From positions 32,001-96,000 of the forward strand of contig CAVZSQ010000022.1 in the NCBI GenBank assembly GCA_963777955.1: a stretch of 64,000 bases of DNA, in the 5' to 3' direction. The translations under genes and the position numbers were made by a program. The stretch comes from Calditrichia bacterium. Lineage in GTDB: Bacteria; Calditrichota; Calditrichia; JAJRVZ01. The notes beneath the pieces were generated by a model. That model was given only the letters and a program-made list of their open reading frames with translations, was not told where the DNA came from and made no database searches. Shown here in pieces: positions 10,581-21,091 of this stretch; position 1 is the first letter of the stretch, and each line of letters starts with the position of its first letter.

Positions 10581-12777
10581 GCCCCTCTGCTCAGCTCGCC
10601 GACAAGGTCTCGGGCCTCCTCGGCAGCCGGTTCAGCCGCCGTGGGTTCTTCGCCCGCACGGCCGTCGTCGGCTCCGCCGTCGCCGCCAACCCGCTGACCT
10701 ACGCCCTGACCCCCACCGACGCCTACGCCGCGGTCTGCAGCTGCAGCGGCTCGAACTGCGAGTGCGGCTCGATGTGCTGCGACGGCTACACCGAGTTCTG
10801 CTGCACCCTCACGCGGCAACAACCAGTGCCCCCCGGGCGTCGCTGCTCGGTGGCTGGTGGAAGGTCGACGGCTCGGGCTTCTGCAACGGCCCCCGCTACT
10901 ACATGGACTGCAACGCCCCCTGCAACGGGTGCGGCTGCGGCGGCGGCGGCATCTGCAGCGGCGGCGCGCTCGGGCACCAACTGCGGCTGCGGCCTCGGCG
11001 ACTGCAACAACCGCAAGGCCGGCTGCGTGAACTTCCGCTACGGCCAGTGCAACCAGCAGGTCGTCCTGCATCGGCCCGATCCTCTGCCGGGTGGTCACCT
11101 GCATCGCCCCGTGGGAGATCGACGGCACCTGCACGACCACCGCCCGCTACGACGCCACCACCGCCGACCCACGACCGGCCCTGCCTGCACGGTCGATCGG
11201 CGACGTCGAACACCGCGGTGGAGGACCAGCCGTCAACGGCGGTCCCGCCATCGGGTCACCGGCTGGGCGCATCGACTTCGACACCAACGCCTCGATCGAC
11301 GTCCGCGTCTACGTCGACGGCAACTCGCCACCACGGCCACTCGCCAACCGGTGCCCGGTCCGACGTCGCCATCGCCAACCCGGGTCAGGGGCCCGAACCA
11401 CGGGTTCGACGTCACCGTCCCGATCACCTCGGGCGCCCACAACGTCTGCGTGTATGGCTCAACGCCGGCCCGGTCGGCAACGGCAACCCCGCCTCGGCTG
11501 CCGCGACGGTCACCAGGTCGGAGCGCCGTTCGGCAACCTCGAGGGCCTCGACCGTCGGCACGGGCCGATCACCGTCCGGGGCTGGGCCGCTCGACCCGGA
11601 CACCACCGGCCCGGTGAGCGTCCACGTCTACGTCGACGGCAACTGGGCACGGCCAGGGCGTCGCCGACCAGCCCCGCCCCGACGTCGGCCAGGCCTTCCC
11701 CGCCCTCGGCCCGAACCACGGCTTCACCGTCACCGTGCCCCTCGCGGCCGGCGCCCACAACGTGTGCGTCTACGCCATCAACGTGGGCAACGGATCGGTC
11801 AACACCCAGATCGGCTGCGTCACGGTCATCGGGGCAACCCGTTCGGCTCGCTCGACGTGGCCACCGCCACCGCGGGCGGTGTCGACGTCAGCGGCTGGGC
11901 GATCGACCCCGACCAGCTCACCAGCCCCATCGACGTCCAGCTGCGCCTCGACGGCAACCCGGTCAGCACCGTCGCCGCGGGCGAGTCCCGGCCCGACGTC
12001 GGCTCCGTCTACCCGACGGCAGGGGCGAACCACGGCTTCTCCCGATCGTCCCCGCCACAGCCGGTGTGCACACGATCTCGGCGGTGGCGCTCAACGTCGG
12101 GCCCGGCACCAACCAGGTGCTCGCCACCCGCAGCGTCGAGGTGCGCTCGCGGCAGCCCGTTCGGGAACCTCGAGCGCACCTGGACCGGCCCGGACACCGT
12201 CCGGGTCCCGGGCTGGGTCCTCGACCCCGACAACACCGGCCCCATCCAGGTGCAGGTCGACGTCGACGGCGTGGTCGCCACCACCGCCACCGCCGATGTG
12301 TCCCGGCCGCGACGTGGCCGCCGTGTACCCGGGCTACGGCCCCGTGCACGGCTTCCAGGTCGACGTGCCGGCCACCAACGGCCTGCGCCTCGTGCGGGTC
12401 GTGGCCCTCAACGTGGGCGCCGGCTCGCCGGTGGTGCTCGGCGTGCCGCAGCTGCAGGTGGGCGGCAACCCGTTCGGCAACTTCGAGGACGTCGTGGTCG
12501 CCTACGGCCGGGTCGCCGTCGCCGGCTGGGCCATCGACCCCGACACCTCCGATCCCATCGACGTCCACGTGTACATCGACGGCAGGCTGGCCCTCGTCGG
12601 CACCGCCAACCAGTCCCGTCCCGACGTGGCCGAGGCCTTCCCGCTGTACGGCCCGAACCACGGCTTCAGCATCTCGACCCCGATCGCCCGCGGCCGCCAC
12701 GAGGTCTGCGTTTCGCCATCGACCAGGGCCCGGGCACCGAGAACGTGCTGATCGGCTGCCGGACGGTGACCGCATGA
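10577..12777 (+). CDS. Tat-exported Cys-rich (MauA light-chain-like) protein with five C-terminal beta-rich repeats; many frameshifts
   Basis: SRRGFF Tat motif, AYA cleavage site, ~25 Cys in ~150 aa, then repeats GW(A/V)xDPD...VYVDG...RPDV...HGF spread over three frames. Confidence 0.75.
11190..12775 (+). repeat. Five tandem ~100-aa protein repeats (PFG..GWAIDPD..V.VDG..RPDV..GPNHGF)
   Basis: Units start at about 11190, 11525, 11835, 12155 and 12463. Confidence 0.8.
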
Positions 12778-13652
12778 CCGTCCTCGTCGTGCTGCTCGCC
12801 CTCGTGGTGGCGCTGCTCGCCGTGCTGGTCATCGGCCTGCTGCGCAGCCACGCCGAGATCCTGCGCCGGCTCCACGAGCTGGGCGCGGGGATCTACGACG
12901 ACGACGAGGGCACCACCGTCACGTCGCCGACGTCGACCACCGGTGGCGTGCGCTCGCCCGTCGAGCTGCGCACCCGGCCGGGCGTGCCCGAGCCCCGCAG
13001 CGCCGAGGGCCTGGTGGCCACCGACGCCCACGACATCGCCGGGGTGACCCCGACCGGCTCGGCCACCATGGCCGGGGTGGTGGGCACCGGGCACACGACC
13101 CTGCTGGCGTTCCTGTCGAGCGGCTGTGGCACCTGCGCCGACTTCTGGCGGGCGTTCGGCGACGGCGAGGGCACCCGCCTGCCGGGCCGCGACACCCGCC
13201 TGGTGATCGTCACCAAGGGCACCGAGGCCGAGAGCAGCTCGGCGGTCGCCCTGCTGGCCCCCGCCGGGGTCACCACGATCATGTCGACCGAGGCCTACGA
13301 CCAGTACTCGGTGCCGGCCAACCCGTACTTCATCCTCGTCGACGGGCCCACGGGCCGGGTGCTCGGCGAGGGGGCCGCCGCGTCCTGGAGCCAGGTCGCC
13401 ACCCTGCTCGGCCAGGCGGCCGCCGACGCCGGCCTCGCCCTCGACGGCTCGCCGCTCACCCGCTCGGCCCCGGCCGGGCGCATGTCCGGCCCCGATCGGG
13501 CGGCCCGCGCCGACGACGACCTCCTGGCCGCCGGCATCGGCCCCGGCCACCCGAGCCTCTACCCCGACCAGCTGGTGGGTGGCGACGACGCCGCCCTGCC
13601 ACAGACCGACCCCGTCCCCGGCGGCCCCGCCGACCCGGGCCGGGCGAGCTGA
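12774..13652 (+). CDS. MauD-like membrane-anchored thioredoxin-fold protein
   Basis: N-terminal TM then GLLRSHAEILRRL; LLAFLSSGCGTC (CxxC); YSVPANPYFILVD; ATGA overlap. Confidence 0.8.
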   Translation: MTVLVVLLALVVALLAVLVIGLLRSHAEILRRLHELGAGIYDDDEGTTVTSPTSTTGGVRSPVELRTRPGVPEPRSAEGLVATDAHDIAGVTPTGSATMAGVVGTGHTTLLAFLSSGCGTCADFWRAFGDGEGTRLPGRDTRLVIVTKGTEAESSSAVALLAPAGVTTIMSTEAYDQYSVPANPYFILVDGPTGRVLGEGAAASWSQVATLLGQAAADAGLALDGSPLTRSAPAGRMSGPDRAARADDDLLAAGIGPGHPSLYPDQLVGGDDAALPQTDPVPGGPADPGRAS

Positions 13653-13660
13653 GGACGACC

Positions 13661-14135
13661 ATGGCCACGCTTGAAGGCCCACGGGATCGGCGTCGCCCCG
13701 CCGGCCGGCTGGGACGCCCAGATCTACTCCCGCAGCGCCGATCCCCGGATCATGACGCCGCAGGGTGTCAGCGAGATCGTGCCGCCGATCGCCCACGTCG
13801 CCAACTTCGCCCTGCCGCCCGTCCGCGGCGACTTCGGCGGTGGCGCGGTGGAGCTGATGGAATCGGGCGCGGTGTTCATCGCGCTGCTCGAGCACGACGC
13901 CGCCGAGGCCGACACCGCGCTGTTCGTGGGCAAGAGCATCCCGTGGCCGCTGAAGGCCGACGACTTCGACCCCAACAACCTGCAGCGTGGCATCGGCGGG
14001 CAGGCCGGGTGCCAGCGGTTCTTCCTCGTGAACGGCCGGCCGTTCTGCCTCTACGTCGTGATCGGCAGCCACCGCCTCCGGCACGTGCTCGTCCGCGAGG
14101 TCAACGCCGCGCTGGCGGCCGTCACCTTCGACTGA
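13661..14135 (+). CDS. Hypothetical protein, last gene of the Mau-like cluster
   Basis: GAGGA RBS and ATG at 13661, main frame 13671..14135 (indel near start); HVANFALP...GDFGGGAVE...GCQRFF...RPFCLYVVIG. Confidence 0.7.
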
Positions 14136-14224
14136 GCGGCCGGCCCGGGGAGTCCCTCGGGCGTGGAGTCGCGGACCTTCGGCCAGGGTCGGCCCCGGAG
14201 GGCCGGGGCTACCCTTCGCGGCCC

Positions 14225-16145
14225 ATGGGCACCTTCGACGAGGTCTACGACCGGAGCATCGCCGACCCGGAGGGGTTCTGGGGCGAGGCCGCCACGGCCA
14301 TCCACTGGGACACGACCGCCGGCCACGGTGCTCGACGCGAGCAACCCGCCCTTCTACCGGTGGTTCCCGGACGGCGAGCTCAACACCTGCTTCAACGCCC
14401 TCGACCGCGGTCGACGGCGGGACGGCGTCGACGAGCTGCGGGCGACCAGGCCGGCGCTGATCTACGACACCCCGGTCACCGGCACGGTGCACGACCTACA
14501 CCTACCGCGAGCTGCGCGACGAGTCGCCCGCTTCGCCGGCGCGCTGCGCGGCGCTCGGCGTCGGCAAGGGCGACCGCGTCGTCATCTACATGCCGATGGT
14601 GCCCGAGGCCGTCATCGCGATGCTGGCCTGCGCCCGGCTCGGCGCCGTGCACTCGGTGGTGTTCGGCGGCTTCGCCGCCCACGAGCTCGCCGTCCGCATC
14701 GACGACGCCCGGCCCACGGTCGTCGTCTCGGCGTCGCTGCGGCATCGAGGGCACGCAGGTCGTCGAGTACAAGCCGATGCTCGACCGGCGCCTCGACCTC
14801 GCCGAGCACGAGCCCGCCGAGCACTGCGTCATCCTGCAGCGCCCGCAGGTCGCGGCCACGCTGGTCGCGGGCCGCGACCTCGACTGGGCCGAGGCCGTGG
14901 CGGCCGCCGAGCCCGTCGACCCGTGCGTCCCGGTCGCGGCCACCGACCCGCTCTACGTGCTCTACACCTCGGGCACCACCGGCAAGCCCAAGGGCGTCGT
15001 CCGCGACAACGGCGGCCACGCCGTCGCGCTGCGCTGGACCATGCCGCAACATCTACGACATCGCAGCCCGGCGACGTGTTCTGGGCCGCCTCCGACGTCG
15101 GCTGGGTCGTCGGCCACTCCTACATCGTCTACGCGCCCGCTGCTGCTCGGGCGCGACGACCGTGCTCTACGAGGGCAAGCCGGTCGGCACGCCCGACGCC
15201 GGGCGCGTTCTGGCGGGTGGCCGCCGAGCACGGGGTGAAGGTGCTGTTCACCGCGCCGACCGCGTTCCGGGCGATCAAGAAGGAGGACCCCGAGGGCGCC
15301 CACCTCGCCGGCCACGACCTGTCGGCGCTGCAGACGCTGTTCCTGGCCGGCGAGCGACTCGACCCCGACACCTACCACTGGGCCGTCGACCAGCTCGGCA
15401 TCCCGGTGATCGACCACTGGTGGCAGACCGAGACCGGCTGGCCGATCGCCGCCAACCTGCATGGGCATCGAGCGCGCTGCCGGTCAAGCCGGGCTCGCCG
15501 ACCGTGCCGGTGCCCGGCTACGACGTGCGAGATCCTCGACGCGACGGGGCGCCGAGGTGCGAGCCGCGGCGACGAGGGCTCGATCGTGCATCAGGCTGCC
15601 GCTGCCGCCCGGCACGCTGCCGACGCTGTGGGGCGACGACGACCGCTACGTCGCGTCGTACCTGTCGACGCTTCGCCGGCTACTACCTCACCGGCGACGG
15701 CGGCTACGTCGACGACGACGGCTACCTGTTCGTGATGGGCCGCACCGACGACGTCATCAACGTCGCCGGGCACCGGCTGTCGACCGGGGCGATGGAGGCG
15801 GTGCTCGCCACCCATCCCGCCGTCGCCGAGTGCGCGGTGATCGGCGTCGCCGACGAGCTCAAGGGCCAGGTGCCGCGCGGGCTTCGTCGTGCTCAAGGCC
15901 GGCGTCGACGTCGAGCCGACGGGCTCGCAGGCCGAGCTGGTGCCGATGGTGCGCGACGAGATCGGCGCGGTGGCGTCGCTTCAAGCGGGTCGACGTCGTG
16001 GCCGCGCCTGCCGAAGACCCGCTCGGGCAAGATCCTGCGCAAGACCATGCGCGGCATCGCCGACGGCCGCGACGAGCCGGTGCCGTCGACCATCGAGGAC
16101 CCCGCCGTGCTCGACGAGATCGGCGACGCCCTCGGCCGCCCCTGA
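14225..16145 (+). CDS. prpE: Propionyl-/acetyl-CoA synthetase (many frameshifts)
   Basis: FYRWFPDGELNTCFNALDR, YTSGTTGKPKGVVRDNGGHAV, DHWWQTETGW, LPLPPG, LPKTRSGKILRK. Confidence 0.85.
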
Positions 16146-16159
16146 CCGGCCGCCCCCCG

Positions 16160-16213
16160 CGTTCTGGTGGAGGTTCCGCGTCACCTGATGACGCGAGGAG
16201 CTCCACCAGAACG
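16160..16213. repeat. REP-like hairpin between convergent genes (may act as a bidirectional terminator)
   Basis: CGTTCTGGTGGAG...CTCCACCAGAACG stem with an inner CGCGTCA/TGACGCG stem. Confidence 0.7.
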
Positions 16214-16238
16214 GGGTGGGTCGGGTGACCCGGGAGGG

Positions 16239-16664
16239 TCAGGCCAGGGAGGCCTCGAGGGTGATGGTGGTGCCGGTGAGGGCCTTGCTCACCGGGCAGC
16301 CGACCTTGGCCTCGTCGGCCATGCGCAGGAAGTCGGCCTCGTCGATGCCGGGCACGGTGCCGACGACGGTGAGGTGGATGCCGGTGATGCCCTCGCCGGG
16401 CTGGAAGGTGACGGCGGCCGAGACGGCGAGCTTCTCGGGGGCGTGGTCGGCCTTGGCCAGGGCGTTGGAGAACGCCATCGAGTAGCAGCTCGAGTGGGCC
16501 GCGGCGATGAGCTCCTCGGGGCTGGTGCGGCCGTTGGGCTCCTCGGAGCGCGACGGCCAGTTGACGTCGAACGTGCCGAGGCCGGACGACTCGAGCGTCA
16601 CCTGCCCCGAGCCCTCGAGCAGGCTGCCGGACCAGTTCGTGGTGGCGTTGCGAGTGGTGGCCAT
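16239..16664 (-). CDS. osmC: OsmC family peroxiredoxin
   Basis: WSGSLLEGSG, TSPEELIAAAHSSCYSMA, CPVSKAL; GGAGG RBS. Confidence 0.92.
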   Translation of the reverse strand: MATTRNATTNWSGSLLEGSGQVTLESSGLGTFDVNWPSRSEEPNGRTSPEELIAAAHSSCYSMAFSNALAKADHAPEKLAVSAAVTFQPGEGITGIHLTVVGTVPGIDEADFLRMADEAKVGCPVSKALTGTTITLEASLA

Positions 16665-16750
16665 GGATGGTTCCTCCTGGAAGACGGTTCGTCGGTGAGC
16701 CCGGCGATCCTGGCACGGTCGGGGCGGTGGTGCTCGGCCCGCCGGCTCGT

Positions 16751-17264
16751 TCAGGAGAACGGGCGGACGCCGGCGTCGGCCAGCGCCGCCCACGCGAACC
16801 CGATGAGCAGCACGGCCTGGGGGGTGAGCAGGCAGAGCCGGTAGGTGGCCGGTCGGGCCGGGTCGTCGCGCAGGGTGAGGACGACCCGCGCTCGGCGGCG
16901 AGCAGCAGGGCGATGCCCTGGGCGGCCACGATGGCGGCCTGGGCGGTCACGCCCCACCGCCAACCGACGGCGGCGATCGCCATGAGCCCGAGGCCGAAGG
17001 CGGCGAAGCCCTGGTCGAGCGTGGGCGGGGCGAGCGCCAGGGGCCCGGCGTCGTGCGTCGGTCGGCTCGGGGTCGCTCGCCGTCCGGCGGTGGCCGAGCA
17101 ACGCGGCCACGAGGCGTGAGCAGCCCGGTGACACCGACCGAGAACAGCGCCACCGGGAGGATGGCGTCGACCGGCGACTGGGTGCCGAGCTGGTTGAAGC
17201 CCACCACGAAGCCGAAGGCCATCACCGCGTCGGTGACCAGCACCGCCACCGCGGCGGCCTTCAT
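16751..17264 (-). CDS. Hypothetical membrane protein (frameshifted)
   Basis: Hydrophobic segments spread over three frames; start overlaps the gatD stop. Confidence 0.5.
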
Positions 17265-18063
17265 GAGCGCCGGAGCAGGTCTCGCCACGAACGTCGCGGC
17301 GCCAGCTCGTGGGAGCGGGCCGCCCGGAGGCGCTCGGTGCGCAGGTCGTCGACCTCGTGGTCGTCGAGCGGCGTCAGGGCCTCGGCGCCGACGACCCAGC
17401 CGAGCAGCAGGTCGGCGAGGCGCGGGTTGCGGGCGAGCACGGGACCGTGCAGGTAGGTGCCGACGACCCGGCCGCACACCACGCCCTCGCTGCCGTCGCC
17501 GTTGCCCTCGCCGATCTCGACCGCCGCCAGGGTGGTGCTGCCGGGCCCGGGCACCGTGCGCCCGGCGTGGTTCTCGAAGCCGGTGAGCACGCCGAGGTCG
17601 ATGGTGGCGCCGGGAGGGCCGTCGGGATCGGGGACCGAGGCCTCGGTGGTGAGCAGCTCGCCGACGGCCCGGGGGCGGTCGACCCGGACGGTGTCGCAGT
17701 CGAGCAGGCCGAGCCCGGGCCGGTCGGCGCCGGTGGCGTCGGGGAAGCGGTGGCCGAGGATCTGCATGCCGGCGCAGACCGCCAGCACCACCGCGCCGCG
17801 GTCGACGGCGCGGTGCAGGGCCCGGCTCTCGGCCAGCTCGCGGGTGGCCTGGACCTGCGGGCCGTCCTCGCCGCCGCCGACGAGGTAGAGGTCGCACGAG
17901 TCGGGGGCGGCCTCGCCGGCGGCGACGGTGACGACGTCGACGCCGAGGCCCCGCCAGGCGAGGCGCTGGGCGAGCACGAGGGCGTTGCCGCCGTCGCCGT
18001 AGGTGCCGAGCAGGTCGGGGAAGAGCACGCCGAGGCGCACGGCGGACTCGCGGGCGCGCTCAC
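17261..18063 (-). CDS. gatD: GatD-type glutamine amidotransferase (lipid II amidation)
   Basis: LGTYGDGGN, GGGEDGPQ, AVCAGMQILG, GFENH, GTYLHGPVLARNP. Confidence 0.9.
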
Positions 18064-19352
18064 CGGGGCCCTCCGACGAGGTCGAGGTACTCCTGGAAGG
18101 CGGTGTAGTTGGCGGCCACGTCGACGACCGCGCCGGGCTCGTGGCCGGGGGCGGCGGCGGCCCGGCGGACGGCCTCGGTGACCTCGGCGACGGTGACGTG
18201 CTCGACGCCGGCGTAGCGGAGGCGCACGGCCAGGTCGTGGCGGCGCTCGCCGGTGGCCACCACGAGGCGGCCGGCGAGGCGCTCGTAGGCGACGTCCCAG
18301 AGCCACGACGGGTCGTGGCCGTCGGCGATGCGGGCGTTGATGGCCACGACCACCGGCGCCGGGCGCGGGCGTGATGAGGTCGAGGGCCTCGTGCCACCCG
18401 GCCGGGTTCTTGGCCAGCAGCAGCCGCACCGGGCAGCCCGGCGAGCGAGGCGACCCGGTACCGGCCGGCGACCTCGTTCACCGCACCGGCGGCGGCCGCC
18501 GCCCGCGTGGGGTCGGCGCCCAGCGCCGTGGCGGCGGCCAGGGCGAAGGCGGCGTTGACCCGGTTCACCCGGCCGGGCAGGCCGAGGTCGAGCGGCACCC
18601 GCCCGCCGGGGAGCACCACGCCGCCCCTCCATCGTCATCTCGTCGATGGTGACGTCGGGGGTGGGGCGGGCGAGGTCGCAGCCGGTGCAGCGCCAGGCGC
18701 CGGGCTCGAAGGCGATGCGGCCCGAGCAGTTCGGGCAGCCGGCGGCGTCGGAGTTCCAGTCCTGGCCGGTGGCCACCCAGATGACCTCGGGCGCGGCCGA
18801 GGCCGCCCACGTGACCAGCGGGTCGTCGGCGTTGGCCACGACCCGGGCCGGCGGCGTGGCGGTGAGGGCCCGGCGCCAGCGCTCGGCCAGCTTGCGCACC
18901 TCCTGGGTGCGGTCGAGCTGGTCGCGGCTGAGGTTCAGCAGCACCACCGTGCCGGCGCCGGTGGCGGCGAGCACGTCCTCGACCCACCGCTCGTCGACCT
19001 CGAGCACCGCGGTGGCGGCGGGGTCGGCCACGCCGAGGGCGGCGACGATGCCGGGGGTCATGTTGGCGCCGAGGGAGTTGGAGACCACCGGTCGGTCGGT
19101 GCCGAGGGCGGCGCCGATGAGGCGGGTGGTCGTGGTCTTCCCGTTGGTGGCGCTCACGATCACGACCTCGCGGTCGCGGGTGAGCTGGCGCAGCAGGTCG
19201 CCGTCGACGAGCAGGGCGGCACGGCCGCCGATCACGCTGCCCGAGCCGAAGTGCACGAGCTTGGAGGCCCCGGCGACGGCCCGACCGGTGGCGACGGCGA
19301 GCCGGGCCCGGGTCGGCAGGCCGGTCGTGGGGGAGGGGTGAGCGGGTGACAC
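18060..19352 (-). CDS. murT: MurT ligase (Mur ligase + DUF1727; frameshifts)
   Basis: GSGSVIGG, SATNGKTTTT, LEVDE, NLSRDQLDR, CPNC..CTGC, LLAKNPAGW, DPSWLWDV, ANYTAF. Confidence 0.9.
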   Translation of the reverse strand: MSPAHPSPTTGLPTRARLAVATGRAVAGASKLVHFGSGSVIGGRAALLVDGDLLRQLTRDREVVIVSATNGKTTTTRLIGAALGTDRPVVSNSLGANMTPGIVAALGVADPAATAVLEVDERWVEDVLAATGAGTVVLLNLSRDQLDRTQEVRKLAERWRRALTATPPARVVANADDPLVTWAASAAPEVIWVATGQDWNSDAAGCPNCSGRIAFEPGAWRCTGCDLARPTPDVTIDEMTMEGRRGAPRRAGAARPRPARPGEPGQRRLRPGRRHGAGRRPHAGGGRRRCGERGRRPVPGRLARRAARCGCCWPRTRPGGTRPSTSSRPRPAPVVVAINARIADGHDPSWLWDVAYERLAGRLVVATGERRHDLAVRLRYAGVEHVTVAEVTEAVRRAAAAPGHEPGAVVDVAANYTAFQEYLDLVGGPR

Positions 19353-19401
19353 GACGAGGCGGATGCTACCGGCGACCGGTGGCCCGGTAGGTTGCCCCCC
19401 T

Positions 19402-20115
19402 GTGACGGGAACAGCGAGCAGCGGTGCCGCCGAGGGCGGACCGAAGCGCATCTGGCTGGTGGCGGTGCTGTTCGGGCTGGTCTCCTCGGCGATCCTGGCG
19501 ACCATCGTCATCCTGGCGACGCGTTCGTCGACGACCGAGACCGACCCCCGCCCGACGGTGGCCATCGTCGGCGACTCCATCACCGAGCAGGGCGAGTCGG
19601 CCCTGGAGCAGGTGCTGTCCGACGACTGGCGGCTGAGCATCGACGGTCGGTCGGGCTTCACCGTCGCCGAGCAGCTCCCCGCGGCGCGCACGCTCGGCGA
19701 GCGGGGGCCGAGCCAGGTCATCGTGAACCTCGGCACCAACGACGTGCTGAAGGGGAACGACCTGACGCAGTCGGCCGCCGACCTCGCCGAGGTCGTGGCC
19801 GCGTTCCCGGCGGCGACGTGCATCCACCTCGTCACGATCAACGAGGGCATCGAGATGGCGGGACGCTCCTACGCCGATCGCTCGGCCGAGCTGAACCGGT
19901 CGATCGTCGCGCTGGCCGCCACCGATCCGAGGGTCGACGTGATCGACTGGTCGGCGGTGGTGGCCGCCTACGAGGCCGGTGACCAGGCCGACGGCCCGAT
20001 CCTCACCGACACCGTGCATCCCTCGCCCCGGGGCCAGCTGGCGCTGGCGCTGCACTACGCCGAGGCGCTCGCCGTCGTGCCCGGCCACCCGTTGATCCGG
20101 CGGCGGCCGGCCTGA
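19402..20115 (+). CDS. Membrane-anchored SGNH/GDSL hydrolase
   Basis: N-terminal TM, GDSIT, NLGTND, DTVHP. Confidence 0.85.
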   Translation: MTGTASSGAAEGGPKRIWLVAVLFGLVSSAILATIVILATRSSTTETDPRPTVAIVGDSITEQGESALEQVLSDDWRLSIDGRSGFTVAEQLPAARTLGERGPSQVIVNLGTNDVLKGNDLTQSAADLAEVVAAFPAATCIHLVTINEGIEMAGRSYADRSAELNRSIVALAATDPRVDVIDWSAVVAAYEAGDQADGPILTDTVHPSPRGQLALALHYAEALAVVPGHPLIRRRPA

Positions 20116-20139
20116 CAGTCCGACCGGCCTGGTCGTCGG

Positions 20140-20475
20140 TCAGGTGGCGCCCGACGCGGCGAGGCGGGCGGACTGCTCGGGGTGCACGCTCTCGTAGGGC
20201 ATCGGCCGGGCGGCGAGGCCGAGGCTGTGGGCCATGGCGATCACCGACCGGACGATGGTCGTGTCGTCGTGGCTGGCGCCGAGGCCGATCTCCTCGGCCA
20301 CGGCGAGGAAGCGGTCGGGGGAGAGCAGCCGCTCACCCGGGCGGTTCCACGCCAGGAGGGCTTCGTCGCCGAGCGGGCGGAGGTCGTCGACGGCGTACTG
20401 AGGCCGGAGGTAGAGGGAGAGCTCGTCGTGGGCGATGGCGTGACGCAGCCCAGCCTCGAGTCGGAGGATCCAGCG
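20140..20475 (-). pseudogene. Internally deleted EAL-domain remnant
   Basis: LRHAIAHDELSLYLRPQ..GDEALLAW..LSPDRFLAVAEEIGL joined directly to DTTIVRSVIAMAHSLGL. Confidence 0.7.
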
Positions 20476-20529
20476 GGGCTCAGCGGACGGGGAAGATGCC
20501 TGCGGCGAGCAGCAGGTCACCGTGCGCGT

Positions 20530-21035
20530 CGTCGAGAGCAGCTCGACCCGCACGTGGTCGAGCAGCCCTCGGCAGGCCGCCTCGATCAGGTCGTAGACGA
20601 CCACGAAGCCGTCGTCGCCGCCGGCCCACGGGTCGGGGACCTCGCCGCCCCAGCGGTCGTCGGGCCCGAGGGCGGGATCGAACTCGCGGAGCAGTCGCAG
20701 CCGGGGGTGCAGCTCGGGGTCGGTGCGGTCGCGCAGGTCGGCCAGGTTGGAGCGGTCCATGGCGAGCACCAGGTCGTAGGCCGAGGGCGTCGCCGGGCAT
20801 GAACGTGGCCGCCCGTGAGGTGAGCTCGACACCCCGTCGCGGGCCTCGGCCCTCGCCCGCGCATCGGGCAGCTCGCCCCGGTGCCAGCTCCCGGTGCCGG
20901 CGCTGTCGACGATCGACGCGGCCGTCGAGGCCGGCCTCGGACACCAGCGCGGCCATCACGCCCTCGGCGGTCGGGGACCGGCAGATGTTGCCCAGGCAGA
21001 CGAAGCACAGGCTCACGGGATCGGGGTTCCGGCAT
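20530..21035 (-). CDS. Low-molecular-weight protein-tyrosine phosphatase (frameshifts; reads into the EAL remnant)
   Basis: FVCLGNICRSPTAE, YDLVLAMD, VPDPW. Confidence 0.9.
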
Positions 21036-21091
21036 GGGTGGAGTCTGCCGGGCGACGGGGCGCCGCGAGCCATCGACCTACGCTCGCGACG

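Noticed and set aside
10577..11190. RiPP precursor or metallothionein
   Set aside because: It is part of a ~730-aa Tat protein and no radical SAM, LanM or YcaO enzyme is adjacent
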